64,000 nucleotides of DNA from Deltaproteobacteria bacterium (GTDB lineage Bacteria; Myxococcota; Kuafuiibacteriia; Kuafuiibacteriales; Kuafuiibacteriaceae), in NCBI GenBank assembly GCA_040218735.1, contig JAVJQW010000007.1, positions 96,001-160,000 on the forward strand, written 5' to 3'. Shown in pieces: positions 18,914 through 28,814 of this stretch; position 1 is the stretch's first letter; each line of letters starts with the position of its first letter. A program made the position numbers and the translations under genes. The notes beneath the pieces were generated by a model. That model did not search any database. It was given only the letters and a program-made list of their open reading frames with translations, and was not told where the DNA came from.

Positions 18914-20105
18914 GCCGCGGCCAGGTCCCCGGCGCGAACTTCTCGCCGTTGAGATCGTCGACGCTCGTCGACGGACACGGCGCGTCCTCGAACGACTCCC
19001 ACGGAACGTCCGGCCACCACTTCGCGGTGGGCGTCGAGGTCCGCGTGGGCTCGACCTGGCCGCCGGGCTGCGGGCTCACCACGCGCACACCTTCGCGATC
19101 CCCCGCGACGCGCACGCGTTCGATCGGCTCCGTCCACCCGTGCAGCGCGAGGTCGAACAGGCCCCAGTGTACGGGGAGGAGTGTGTCGGCGCGGACGAGG
19201 CGCGTCGCGCGCACGGCCTGCTCGGGGCCGAGGTGCACGTCGCTCCACATCGCGTCGTAGGCGCCGACCTCCATCATCGCGAGGTCGAAGGGGCCGAGGC
19301 GCTCGCCGATCTCGACGAACTCCGGATGCATCGCGGTGTCGCCGCTGTAGAAGACGCGGTGCTTCGGGCCCGCAACGGCCCACCCCGACCACAGCGTGGC
19401 GTTCGGCGTGAAGCCGCGCCCCGAGAAGTGCCGCGCCGGTGCGCAGGTGATCTCGAGGTCGCCGATCTTCTGCGCGCCCCACCAGTCGAGCTCGACGATG
19501 CGCTCCCGCTTCACGCCCCAGCCCTGGAGGTGACTCCCGATGCCGAGCGGTACGAGCCACTTCGTGTCGAGGTCGGCGAGCAGCTGCACCGTCGGGTAGT
19601 CGAGGTGATCGTAGTGATCGTGAGAGATGAGGATCGCGTCGATCGCGGGGAGCTCTTCGATCGGCAGCGGCGGGTCGTACCAACGCTCGGGGCCGATGAA
19701 CGTCAACGGCGACGCACGCGGGCCCCACACCGGATCGATCAGGATGCGGCGGCCGTCGATCTCCAGGATCAGCGTGGAGTGCCCGAGCCAAGTCACGCGC
19801 ATCCCCGACGCCGGCGGCGTCGCGAAGTCTGCCTTCGTGCGTCGCTCGATCTTCAGCGGCGCACCCGGCAAGCGGTACTCCGATCCGCCCGCGAGCCACT
19901 CCGTCGTCATGTCCCAGTAGGGCCCGTCGACCCGCGGGAGCTCGTTGTCGAAGCGCTCGCCCTTGTACTGCGGTGACTTCGAGATGCGTTCGAGGTCGGC
20001 GCCGGAAGGGTCGTGGCCCATCGCCGGGCGCGCCAACAGGTAGCCGCCGAAGCCGAGGAGCACGAACAGAAGCGCGAGGACACCCAGACGCCGAAGCCAC
20101 TTCAT
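18906..20105 (-). CDS. MBL-fold metallo-hydrolase (NAPE-PLD/RomA-like) with N-terminal membrane anchor
   Basis: WLGHST, ISHDHYDHLD, PARHFSGR, YSGDT, PVHWG; start at ATG 20105 (MKWLRR). Confidence 0.88.
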   Translation of the reverse strand: MKWLRRLGVLALLFVLLGFGGYLLARPAMGHDPSGADLERISKSPQYKGERFDNELPRVDGPYWDMTTEWLAGGSEYRLPGAPLKIERRTKADFATPPASGMRVTWLGHSTLILEIDGRRILIDPVWGPRASPLTFIGPERWYDPPLPIEELPAIDAILISHDHYDHLDYPTVQLLADLDTKWLVPLGIGSHLQGWGVKRERIVELDWWGAQKIGDLEITCAPARHFSGRGFTPNATLWSGWAVAGPKHRVFYSGDTAMHPEFVEIGERLGPFDLAMMEVGAYDAMWSDVHLGPEQAVRATRLVRADTLLPVHWGLFDLALHGWTEPIERVRVAGDREGVRVVSPQPGGQVEPTRTSTPTAKWWPDVPWESFEDAPCPSTSVDDLNGEKFAPGTWPRPT

Positions 20106-20148
20106 CGCGTCTCGTCTACCACCGCTGCGGGCCGTCGCGAAACGCAGG

Positions 20149-22182
20149 TCACGGTGCGCCGATCCGCTCCAGGAGGATTCTTGCGCGCGTCGAGCTCCGC
20201 GTCCACGAGGCACGCCGCGCGTGGAGCCGCGCGACGTCGAGCCGGCCCGCTTCGACGAGCGCCTCTGCGTAGTCCAGGCGGACGTCGTAGGGGAGCTGAT
20301 CCCCGAACGCCGCGCTGACGCCGGCGTACGCCTCGAGCGCTTCGTCCAGGCGCCCCGCGTCGCGAAGGATCCCCGCGGTCAGCAGCTGGGCCGACGGACC
20401 GGCGCCCATCGCCTCCGCGAAGTCCGCCGCGTTCAGCGCCTCGTCGTTCGACCCGGCCGCCGCCAGCGCGTTCGCGTAGATCAGCCAGGCACCGGGGCGT
20501 CGTGTTCCGTTCGCGAGCGCCGCCTCCGCGAGCGCGACCGCGCGCGCGGGATCGTTGCCGCACTTGCGCACGAGTGTGCTCGCGAGCTGGAGCGGGTAGG
20601 TCGCCTCGGGCACCACGCGGAGCATCTTGTCGAGGTCGCCGAACGCCTCCGCGCCCTTCCCGCGGGCGCAGGCTTGGTCGAGGCTCGCGTCGGGTGCGCA
20701 GGGATCGACGGTGGTCAGCCGGGCGACGTCCGGGCGGAAGCCGTCCGCGAAGAACAGGCGCCGATCGGTGTCGATGAACACGGCGCGCCACCGTCCCGAC
20801 GCCTGGAGGAAGCGGCACTGCCGCCAGCTCGCTTTCGTGAGCACCATGTTCGGTTGGTAGCGCTTCTCGAACGTCGCGAATGCGTGCGGATTCCGCTTCG
20901 CCTCGCGGATGAGGAAGTACAGCTCGTCGTCGAAGACGGTCGGCGTCCGACCGTCGATCGCGATGCGCACCTCGGGCCCGACTCGGAACGTGAGGTAGCC
21001 GCCGTCCTCGTAGACGTTGAGGACGTTGCCCTGGACCTCGATCGCCTCCAGGAAGTCGACCGCGTCGACCGGGAACGCGTCGCGTGACAGCCCGGCGCCG
21101 AAGCCTCGCGCGGGTGAGCGCTCGACGTCGTTGTACGTGACCGCCGGGACGGTGGTGAGCACGAGCGCGAGCGCGAGCCACTTGGAGGAGCGCGCGTCGT
21201 CTTCGCCGGCGGAGGGGCGCGCGACGAACGGGATGCAGAGCAGGCCCCACGCGGCGCGGAAACGGTGCGCGGTGAACGCGAGCGCCATCCCGAGGAGCAC
21301 GTAGAAGATGTCGCGGGGCCGGAACGAACGCAGCCGTACAGCGCGCACGGTGCCGACCACGAGCGCGAGATCGAGGAACGCGATCGAGTTGAGGTGCGTC
21401 GGGATGAGCTGCTGCCACTCGAGCGGGCGCATCTCGGTGATGTGGCTGGTGGCGTCGCCGAGCGCGACGTTCTCGATGAGCTTCGCGTGTTCACCGAGGT
21501 TGCCGAACGCGAGGATCAGCGCGACCTGCGCGAGGACCACGGACGAACGGATCAGCGCGGCGCGGAGCCCGTGGCGAGGGAGCGCGGAGAGCAGCGCGAT
21601 GCCGGTGACCGCGGGGAGGAGGACGAAGCTGCCGTGGATCGGGAGCCAGAACGCTTGCAGGAGGACGAGGGCACCGCCGAACCCGAGGACGGCGCGACCG
21701 GATTCCAGCGCGAGGCGTCGCGCGAGCACCAGCGCGATCGGCAAGAGCGCGAGGAAGATGATCAGCGGGCGCGGCTCGAACCGCCAGGTGACGATCGGCG
21801 TGATCAGCGCGGTGGCGATCACCGCGGTGTAGGGGCGCCGCTCCGAGAACTCCCACGCGGCCCACGCGATCGCGAGCGTGACGAAGAACCCGCAGATCGC
21901 CGCGAACCAGGAGAGCCCCGCGACCCCGCCCATACGGAACGCGGCGCGCAAGAACATCTGCCCGAGCCAAGGGTGGTCGGCGAAGGGGCGGCCCGGGACG
22001 GTGAAGGAGGTCTGGTCGGGGTACGTCGCGCTACCGTGTTCGAGGACCGCGTCGGCCGCTTCGAGGTGCCACCAGACGTCGGGGTCCGAGACGGGGCGTA
22101 GGTGTCCGAGGCCGGCGAGGAGCGCGATCGCCAAGAACAGGCCCCAGGGAACACGCGTCGCCATGCGCGACCCTTCTGCCAT
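20149..22182 (-). CDS. Polytopic membrane protein (DPDxWWHL, GT-C-like) with C-terminal TPR region
   Basis: DPDVWWHL, HPWL, RP, WLPIHGSF, FPVDAVDFL, GGYL, IDGR motifs; TPR-like tail. Confidence 0.7.
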   Translation of the reverse strand: MAEGSRMATRVPWGLFLAIALLAGLGHLRPVSDPDVWWHLEAADAVLEHGSATYPDQTSFTVPGRPFADHPWLGQMFLRAAFRMGGVAGLSWFAAICGFFVTLAIAWAAWEFSERRPYTAVIATALITPIVTWRFEPRPLIIFLALLPIALVLARRLALESGRAVLGFGGALVLLQAFWLPIHGSFVLLPAVTGIALLSALPRHGLRAALIRSSVVLAQVALILAFGNLGEHAKLIENVALGDATSHITEMRPLEWQQLIPTHLNSIAFLDLALVVGTVRAVRLRSFRPRDIFYVLLGMALAFTAHRFRAAWGLLCIPFVARPSAGEDDARSSKWLALALVLTTVPAVTYNDVERSPARGFGAGLSRDAFPVDAVDFLEAIEVQGNVLNVYEDGGYLTFRVGPEVRIAIDGRTPTVFDDELYFLIREAKRNPHAFATFEKRYQPNMVLTKASWRQCRFLQASGRWRAVFIDTDRRLFFADGFRPDVARLTTVDPCAPDASLDQACARGKGAEAFGDLDKMLRVVPEATYPLQLASTLVRKCGNDPARAVALAEAALANGTRRPGAWLIYANALAAAGSNDEALNAADFAEAMGAGPSAQLLTAGILRDAGRLDEALEAYAGVSAAFGDQLPYDVRLDYAEALVEAGRLDVARLHARRASWTRSSTRARILLERIGAP

Positions 22183-22212
22183 CCACCCTCTGCACCCACA
22201 AGCCCCGCGGGG

Positions 22213-23343
22213 TCATCGGCGCGCGACGCGGTGGTAGAGCGCGACGTGCTCTTCGGCGATGCGCTCGATGTCGAAGCGGCGGCGGGCTTCCTCTCGCGCC
22301 GCGACGCCGAGCGCGCTGGCGCGTGCGGGATCCTCGACCAGCGCGCGGAGCACGTCGCGCAGCGCGGTGACGTCGTGGAGCCCGAAGATGCGTCCGGTGC
22401 GCCCGTCGTCGACGGTCTCGGTGTGCACGTCGATGTCGCTGAGCACGACCGCCTTGCCCGCGAGCATCGCCTCCACGACCGCGCCGGGGTGGCCCTCGTA
22501 CTCCGACGTCGAGACGAAGACGTGTGACGCCGCGAGCACCGCCGGGACGTCGCGGCGCGCGCCGAGGAGCCGAACCCAGTCGGCGCCGCCCGCGGCGGCC
22601 TCCACGTGCGGTCGGTCGGGGCCGTCGCCGACGATCAGGAGCACGATCTCGGGGTGGTCCGTGACGAGGCCGCGGACCGCCTCGATGAGGTCGGCCTGCG
22701 CTTTCCGGCGCAGCAAACGTGCGACCATCGTGATGACACGTTTGTTCGCGAGGCCCAGCTCATCGACGATGCGCTGGGCGTCTTCGGGGGGGACATCGAA
22801 CTTGTCGGGGCGTCGGCCGCGGTAGATGACGTCGATGCGCTCCGCGGGGAGGCGCAGCGCGTCGACGTGCGCCGTGCGCATCGCGGCGGAGTTCGCGGCG
22901 AACCGATCCACCAGCCGCGACGTCGCGAAGTCGATCGCCTGCACGCCGCGGTTCTTGAGCAACCCCACGCGCGACAGGTGCTGGCGGTGGTTGTCGCCGT
23001 AGTTCTCGTTCACGAAGCTGCTCACCACCGGCACCCCCTCCAGCCGCGCGGCGATGCGGCCGGCGACGTCGGAGCGGAAGAGCGTGGTGTGGACGACGTC
23101 TGGTTTCAGGCGCCGGATGAGTCGCCGCAAGCGGCGCACCGCGGTGGGCCACCCGTACTTCGCGGGGATGTCGAACGCGTGGACCGGGATGTTGCGCTTC
23201 GTGAACTCGGGTTCCAGCGTGTTGCCGGGGTACAGCCGACACACAAACGGCGTGACGCCCTGGCAGGTGCTCGCGATGTCGAGGATCGAACGTTCGCTGC
23301 CACCGACCTCGAGCGTGTCGATGACGTAGAGGACCCGCAGCAC
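22213..23343 (-). CDS. Glycosyltransferase family 4
   Basis: VIDTLEVGGSE, VVHT, SEYEGHPGAVVEAMLAG. Confidence 0.88.
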   Translation of the reverse strand: MLRVLYVIDTLEVGGSERSILDIASTCQGVTPFVCRLYPGNTLEPEFTKRNIPVHAFDIPAKYGWPTAVRRLRRLIRRLKPDVVHTTLFRSDVAGRIAARLEGVPVVSSFVNENYGDNHRQHLSRVGLLKNRGVQAIDFATSRLVDRFAANSAAMRTAHVDALRLPAERIDVIYRGRRPDKFDVPPEDAQRIVDELGLANKRVITMVARLLRRKAQADLIEAVRGLVTDHPEIVLLIVGDGPDRPHVEAAAGGADWVRLLGARRDVPAVLAASHVFVSTSEYEGHPGAVVEAMLAGKAVVLSDIDVHTETVDDGRTGRIFGLHDVTALRDVLRALVEDPARASALGVAAREEARRRFDIERIAEEHVALYHRVARR

Positions 23344-23395
23344 GACGCCGAACTACCAAGGAACCAAGACAAGGGAAATGCAAGGGAACCGCGCA

Positions 23396-23440
23396 GCGCG
23401 GCGAAGCCGCGCGAAGGGCCGCAGGCGAGCTTGCCTCGCC
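23396..23440. repeat. Twin GC-rich hairpins (REP-like or terminator-like)
   Basis: gcgcggc-gaa-gccgcgc and ggcgag-cttgc-ctcgcc, in the intergenic gap just downstream of the sigma factor gene. Confidence 0.5.
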
Positions 23441-23461
23441 GATAACGGCCAAGGCCGGAAC

Positions 23462-24151
23462 TCAGGCGGCGGCGAGGCGCTTCTGGAGGCGGCGGCGGAC
23501 CTGCTTGATGATCTGGCTGACGCGCGACTGCGTGACGCCGAGGATGTCGCCGATCTCCTGCAGCGTGAGGCCGTCCTCGTAGTACATCGCCATGATCTGC
23601 TGCTCGCGCTCCGGGAGCTTCTGCAGGGCAGCCTGCAACATCGAGACACGCTGGCGCTGGATGAGGCGGCTCTCCTGGTCGATGGCGTCCTGCCACGGCG
23701 TCGCGGTCGCCTGCGTGCCGAGCTCCATCGGGTCGAACATCTGCGGCGCGGCCGCGTAGCGCTCGCTCTCACGAACCTCGGCGACGGTGACGTTCGCCAT
23801 CTTCGCGATGACCTCGTCGTCCGCGATCTGACCCTGACGCTCGAGCTGCGTGCGGCACTCGTTGACCGACTTCGCGCGACGGCGCTGGTGGCGGGTGAGG
23901 TGGTCGAGGCTGCGCAGCTCGTCCTGCAGCGCGCCGCGGACGCGGATGCGCGCGTACGTCTCGAACGGCACGCCGCGGTCGGGATCGAAGCCGTGGAACG
24001 CCTGGAGCAGACCGACCATGCCGGCACCCATCAGCGCTTCGCGGTCGACGCCGCTCGGGACGTGGTCCTGGACCTGCTTCACGACTCGCCGAACGATCGG
24101 GAGCATCCGCTGAACGTCTTGGTTGGTGGGCTGAGTCGTCGCAGTGTGCAT
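23462..24151 (-). CDS. fliA: FliA/WhiG-family (sigma-28) RNA polymerase sigma factor
   Basis: MLPIVRRV, GMVGLLQAFHGFDPDRGVPFETYARIRVRGALQDELRSLD (region 2); LPEREQQIMAMYYEDGLTLQEIGDILGVTQSRVSQI (region 4). Real gene is the last 229 aa of ORF 23462..25840. Confidence 0.9.
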   Translation of the reverse strand: MHTATTQPTNQDVQRMLPIVRRVVKQVQDHVPSGVDREALMGAGMVGLLQAFHGFDPDRGVPFETYARIRVRGALQDELRSLDHLTRHQRRRAKSVNECRTQLERQGQIADDEVIAKMANVTVAEVRESERYAAAPQMFDPMELGTQATATPWQDAIDQESRLIQRQRVSMLQAALQKLPEREQQIMAMYYEDGLTLQEIGDILGVTQSRVSQIIKQVRRRLQKRLAAA

Positions 24152-24163
24152 GTCCCTGGGTAA

Positions 24164-25798
<1,635 letters not shown>

Positions 25799-25859
25799 TC
25801 CAACCGTTCGTCGCGCGTCAGTTCCCGAGCGCGGCGACAAAACGATCCCCAGACACGTC

Positions 25860-26936
25860 CTACTGCGCTTCCGGGTCGGGCGCAGCGGCGCTGCATTCGA
25901 ACGGGTTCATCGCGACGGAGATGCTCGTGTTGTAGTACGCCGCGCGGTGCACCATCGCGACGCGCGAGCCGTCGCCGCTCAACGCGAAGCGCGCCGCATT
26001 GTGGGGCGGGTCGAAGACGACCTGCGCGGACCCGGACTGTAGATCGAAGACGTAGATGTCGACGTCGGTGTCGGTGTCGAGGGGGTCCAGCGCTTCTTCG
26101 GTGTCCGCTACGATGTAGCGACCGTCGTCGCTGATCGCCGGCGGCGATCGGTACGAACCGATCACCTGCCACAGCCGCTTCACGCTGGTGGTGAGATCCT
26201 CGCGGACCCCGGTGCCGACCTCGATGCGCACCAGGGTCTGGAAGTCCCAAGTGACGATGTAGCGCCCGTCGCCGCTGAGCACCCATTCGTAGGTCCAGGT
26301 CGGGGGCGCGGTCCACGTCGTGTTCGTGGTTCGGTCGAGGACGTACGCCTGGCGGGCGACGCCGTACAGGACGACGGTCCCGTCGTCGGACACGCCGTGG
26401 AGTCGGCCCGTCGCAATGGGTGTCCTCAGCGCCGGATCGTAGGCCGACGGTGAAGCGGGCACGGGGTAGGCGTAGATCTGCTCGGTGTCGTCCTCCTCGT
26501 AGACGACGACGCTCCCGTCGCCGGACAGGTGATAGGCCGCCGGGTCCGCGTTGGGGATCTGCACGCGATTCGAGCCGCCGACCTCGCGGACGCTCAGGTA
26601 ACTCGGGGACCCGCCGTTGCTCACGACGAGGGCGCCGCTCGCGTCCGTGTGCGGGTACAGGTGCTCGGGGACGACGTACGCCACGAAGTTTTGGACGACG
26701 GTGTCGGTGTCGAGGTCGACGATTCGGGCGCTCGGGTTGGTCGCGATGGACATGTACCGGCCGGCCTCGTCGAGCCCGACGCCGCGGACGTAGCTCGGCG
26801 CCGGGAACGACGCCGGGGCGCCGCACTGCACGGAGATGTCGGACCGCATGGCGGCGACCTCGGAGCCGGGGTCCGCGCCGCAACCGAGCGCCGGTCCCAG
26901 GAGTACAACAAGGTGAAAGCACGAGAGTCGTTTCAT
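25860..26936 (-). CDS. Lipoprotein with TolB/WD40-like beta-propeller repeats
   Basis: Lipobox ALGC; repeats LSGDGSVVVY, VSDDGTVVLY, LSGDGRYIV, ISDDGRYIV. Confidence 0.75.
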   Translation of the reverse strand: MKRLSCFHLVVLLGPALGCGADPGSEVAAMRSDISVQCGAPASFPAPSYVRGVGLDEAGRYMSIATNPSARIVDLDTDTVVQNFVAYVVPEHLYPHTDASGALVVSNGGSPSYLSVREVGGSNRVQIPNADPAAYHLSGDGSVVVYEEDDTEQIYAYPVPASPSAYDPALRTPIATGRLHGVSDDGTVVLYGVARQAYVLDRTTNTTWTAPPTWTYEWVLSGDGRYIVTWDFQTLVRIEVGTGVREDLTTSVKRLWQVIGSYRSPPAISDDGRYIVADTEEALDPLDTDTDVDIYVFDLQSGSAQVVFDPPHNAARFALSGDGSRVAMVHRAAYYNTSISVAMNPFECSAAAPDPEAQ

Positions 26937-27059
26937 GACTCCAGCCTCCCCCGGCGCCCCGAACTTCCTCGCCGAGATCCGGGTGAACGGTCGTCAGGCG
27001 AAGGTGAGTGGTCGGCCCGCGGTGGCCACCGGTTCCGCGCTCACGATACGGTCGACGCG

Positions 27060-28085
27060 TTGGGAGAGCTCGCCCGTCAGACCCTCCGCAGCCTCGTTGC
27101 GCCCCGCCGAGTCGTCGTCGCTCTTGCCGTCGTCGTCCCGATCGTCGCGGCGCAACGACGTGAGTTGGGATCGTCGGGTTGGGCGCTACCGCTGCTCGCA
27201 GCGACCGTCGTCGTGCTCCTCGTGCTGGCGCCCATCGCCTACCGCGAGCTCTTCGCGCTCGAACACCGTCGCGAGACGCTCGTGCTCCGCGTGCTGGCGT
27301 TCGGTCTCCTCGGGCTCGTCGCGCCGCTGGTGTTGAACGTGGTGCCGCTGCAGCTGGGCGTCGCTCCGTTCGTTTCGCGTACGCCGACGCTGCTGATCGC
27401 CGTCGCGATGTTCTGGGCGGCCGGCTACGCGCTCGGGCGCGACATCGACCTCGAGCGACGCTGGCAAGACGCGAGCGCGCGTGCGCTCGCTGCTTCGCGC
27501 ACCGCGGAAGACGCGCGGTTGCGTGCGCTGCGCGCCCAGCTCGACCCGCACTTCCTCTTCAACACGCTGAACGCGATCGCGGAGTGGTGCCGCGAGGACG
27601 CGCTCGTCGCCGAGCGCGCGCTGCTCAGCTTGTCGTCGCTCCTTCGGAAGGTGCTGTCGGGCGCGACCGAGGATCGTTGGCCGCTCACGTCGGAGCTCGA
27701 CGTCGTGCGCACGCTGTTCGAGATCCACCGGATCCGTGACCCGGAGAGCCTCGAGGTGCGCTGGTCGCTGCCGGAGGGGCTCGACGATCTCGTGGTTCCG
27801 CCGTTGTTGCTCCTCCCGGTCGCGGAGAACGCGATCACCCACGGACCGGGGCGCGGGCACGCGGGTGCGATCGACGTGTCCGTCGAGCGCGACGAGGAAC
27901 GCGTTCGCTTCGGGCTCGAGAACCCGGGCGCCTTCTCGGGGCGTCGGCCGGGTGGCCACGGGATCGACAACGTCGAACGCCGGCTCGCGGCGGCCTTCGG
28001 TGCCGATGCGTCATTCAAGGTCGGCGCCGCGGGACCGAACCGGACGCGGGCGGACCTCGTGTGGCCCGCGGAGGTGGCGTCGTGA
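27060..28085 (+). CDS. LytS/YehU-type membrane sensor histidine kinase (start approximate)
   Basis: Four TM helices; LRAQLDPHFLFNTLNAI H-box; LLPVAENAITHG; GHGIDNVERRL. Confidence 0.88.
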   Translation: MGELARQTLRSLVAPRRVVVALAVVVPIVAAQRRELGSSGWALPLLAATVVVLLVLAPIAYRELFALEHRRETLVLRVLAFGLLGLVAPLVLNVVPLQLGVAPFVSRTPTLLIAVAMFWAAGYALGRDIDLERRWQDASARALAASRTAEDARLRALRAQLDPHFLFNTLNAIAEWCREDALVAERALLSLSSLLRKVLSGATEDRWPLTSELDVVRTLFEIHRIRDPESLEVRWSLPEGLDDLVVPPLLLLPVAENAITHGPGRGHAGAIDVSVERDEERVRFGLENPGAFSGRRPGGHGIDNVERRLAAAFGADASFKVGAAGPNRTRADLVWPAEVAS

Positions 28086-28804
28086 TGCGCGTACTGATCG
28101 TGGACGACGAGGCGATGGCGAGGCGGCGCCTGCGCCGTCTTCTCGACGCGAACCCGGACGTCGAGCTCGCGGGTGAGTGTCAGGACGGGGCGGAGGTTCC
28201 GCAGCGGGTCGCGGCGGGCGACGTCGATCTCGTGCTCCTCGACATCCAGATGCGACAGATGAGCGGCGTCGAGGTCATGGGCCTCTTACCGTCCAACGGG
28301 CCGCTGGTGGTCTTCGTCACCGCCCACCCCGAGCACGCGGTGTACGCGTTCGACGCCGGCGCCGTGGACTACGTCGTCAAACCGGTGGAGGCGGGCCGGC
28401 TGCAGAAGGCGCTGGGGCGGGCGCGCGAGCGCATCGCGGCGCGCGCGCTGCGCGGCGGAGAAGACGAGGCGCAGACGCTCCCGGACCGCCTCCTCGTGCC
28501 GACGCGAAACGGGCTCCGCATCATCGCGCCCGAGCAGGTCCGCTACGCGATCGTCGACGGGCAGACGGTGCTGCTCCACACCGACCAGGGCTCGTTCGTC
28601 ACCGACTTCCGCCTCGTGGCGCTCGAGGAACGGCTCGGGGCGCCGTTCGTTCGTGTGCATCGCCGGGTGCTCGCAAACGTGCACCACATCGTCGCGCTGG
28701 AGCCCGTGGGCGCCGGGGTCTACGTCGCGGAGCTGTCCGACGGACAGACGGTCCCGGTGTCGCGTCAGTCGGCGAAGATCCTCCGCGCCCGCTGGAGCCT
28801 GTAG
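28085..28804 (+). CDS. LytTR-family response regulator
   Basis: VLIVDDE, LLDIQM, FVTAH, DYVVKP, FVRVHR, VPVSR. Confidence 0.92.
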   Translation: MRVLIVDDEAMARRRLRRLLDANPDVELAGECQDGAEVPQRVAAGDVDLVLLDIQMRQMSGVEVMGLLPSNGPLVVFVTAHPEHAVYAFDAGAVDYVVKPVEAGRLQKALGRARERIAARALRGGEDEAQTLPDRLLVPTRNGLRIIAPEQVRYAIVDGQTVLLHTDQGSFVTDFRLVALEERLGAPFVRVHRRVLANVHHIVALEPVGAGVYVAELSDGQTVPVSRQSAKILRARWSL

Positions 28805-28814
28805 GCTCGGATGG

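Noticed and set aside
23438-23445. Perfect GCCGATAA sigma-28 -10 box on the plus strand
   Set aside because: No -35 element at the right spacing, and it points antisense into the sigma gene
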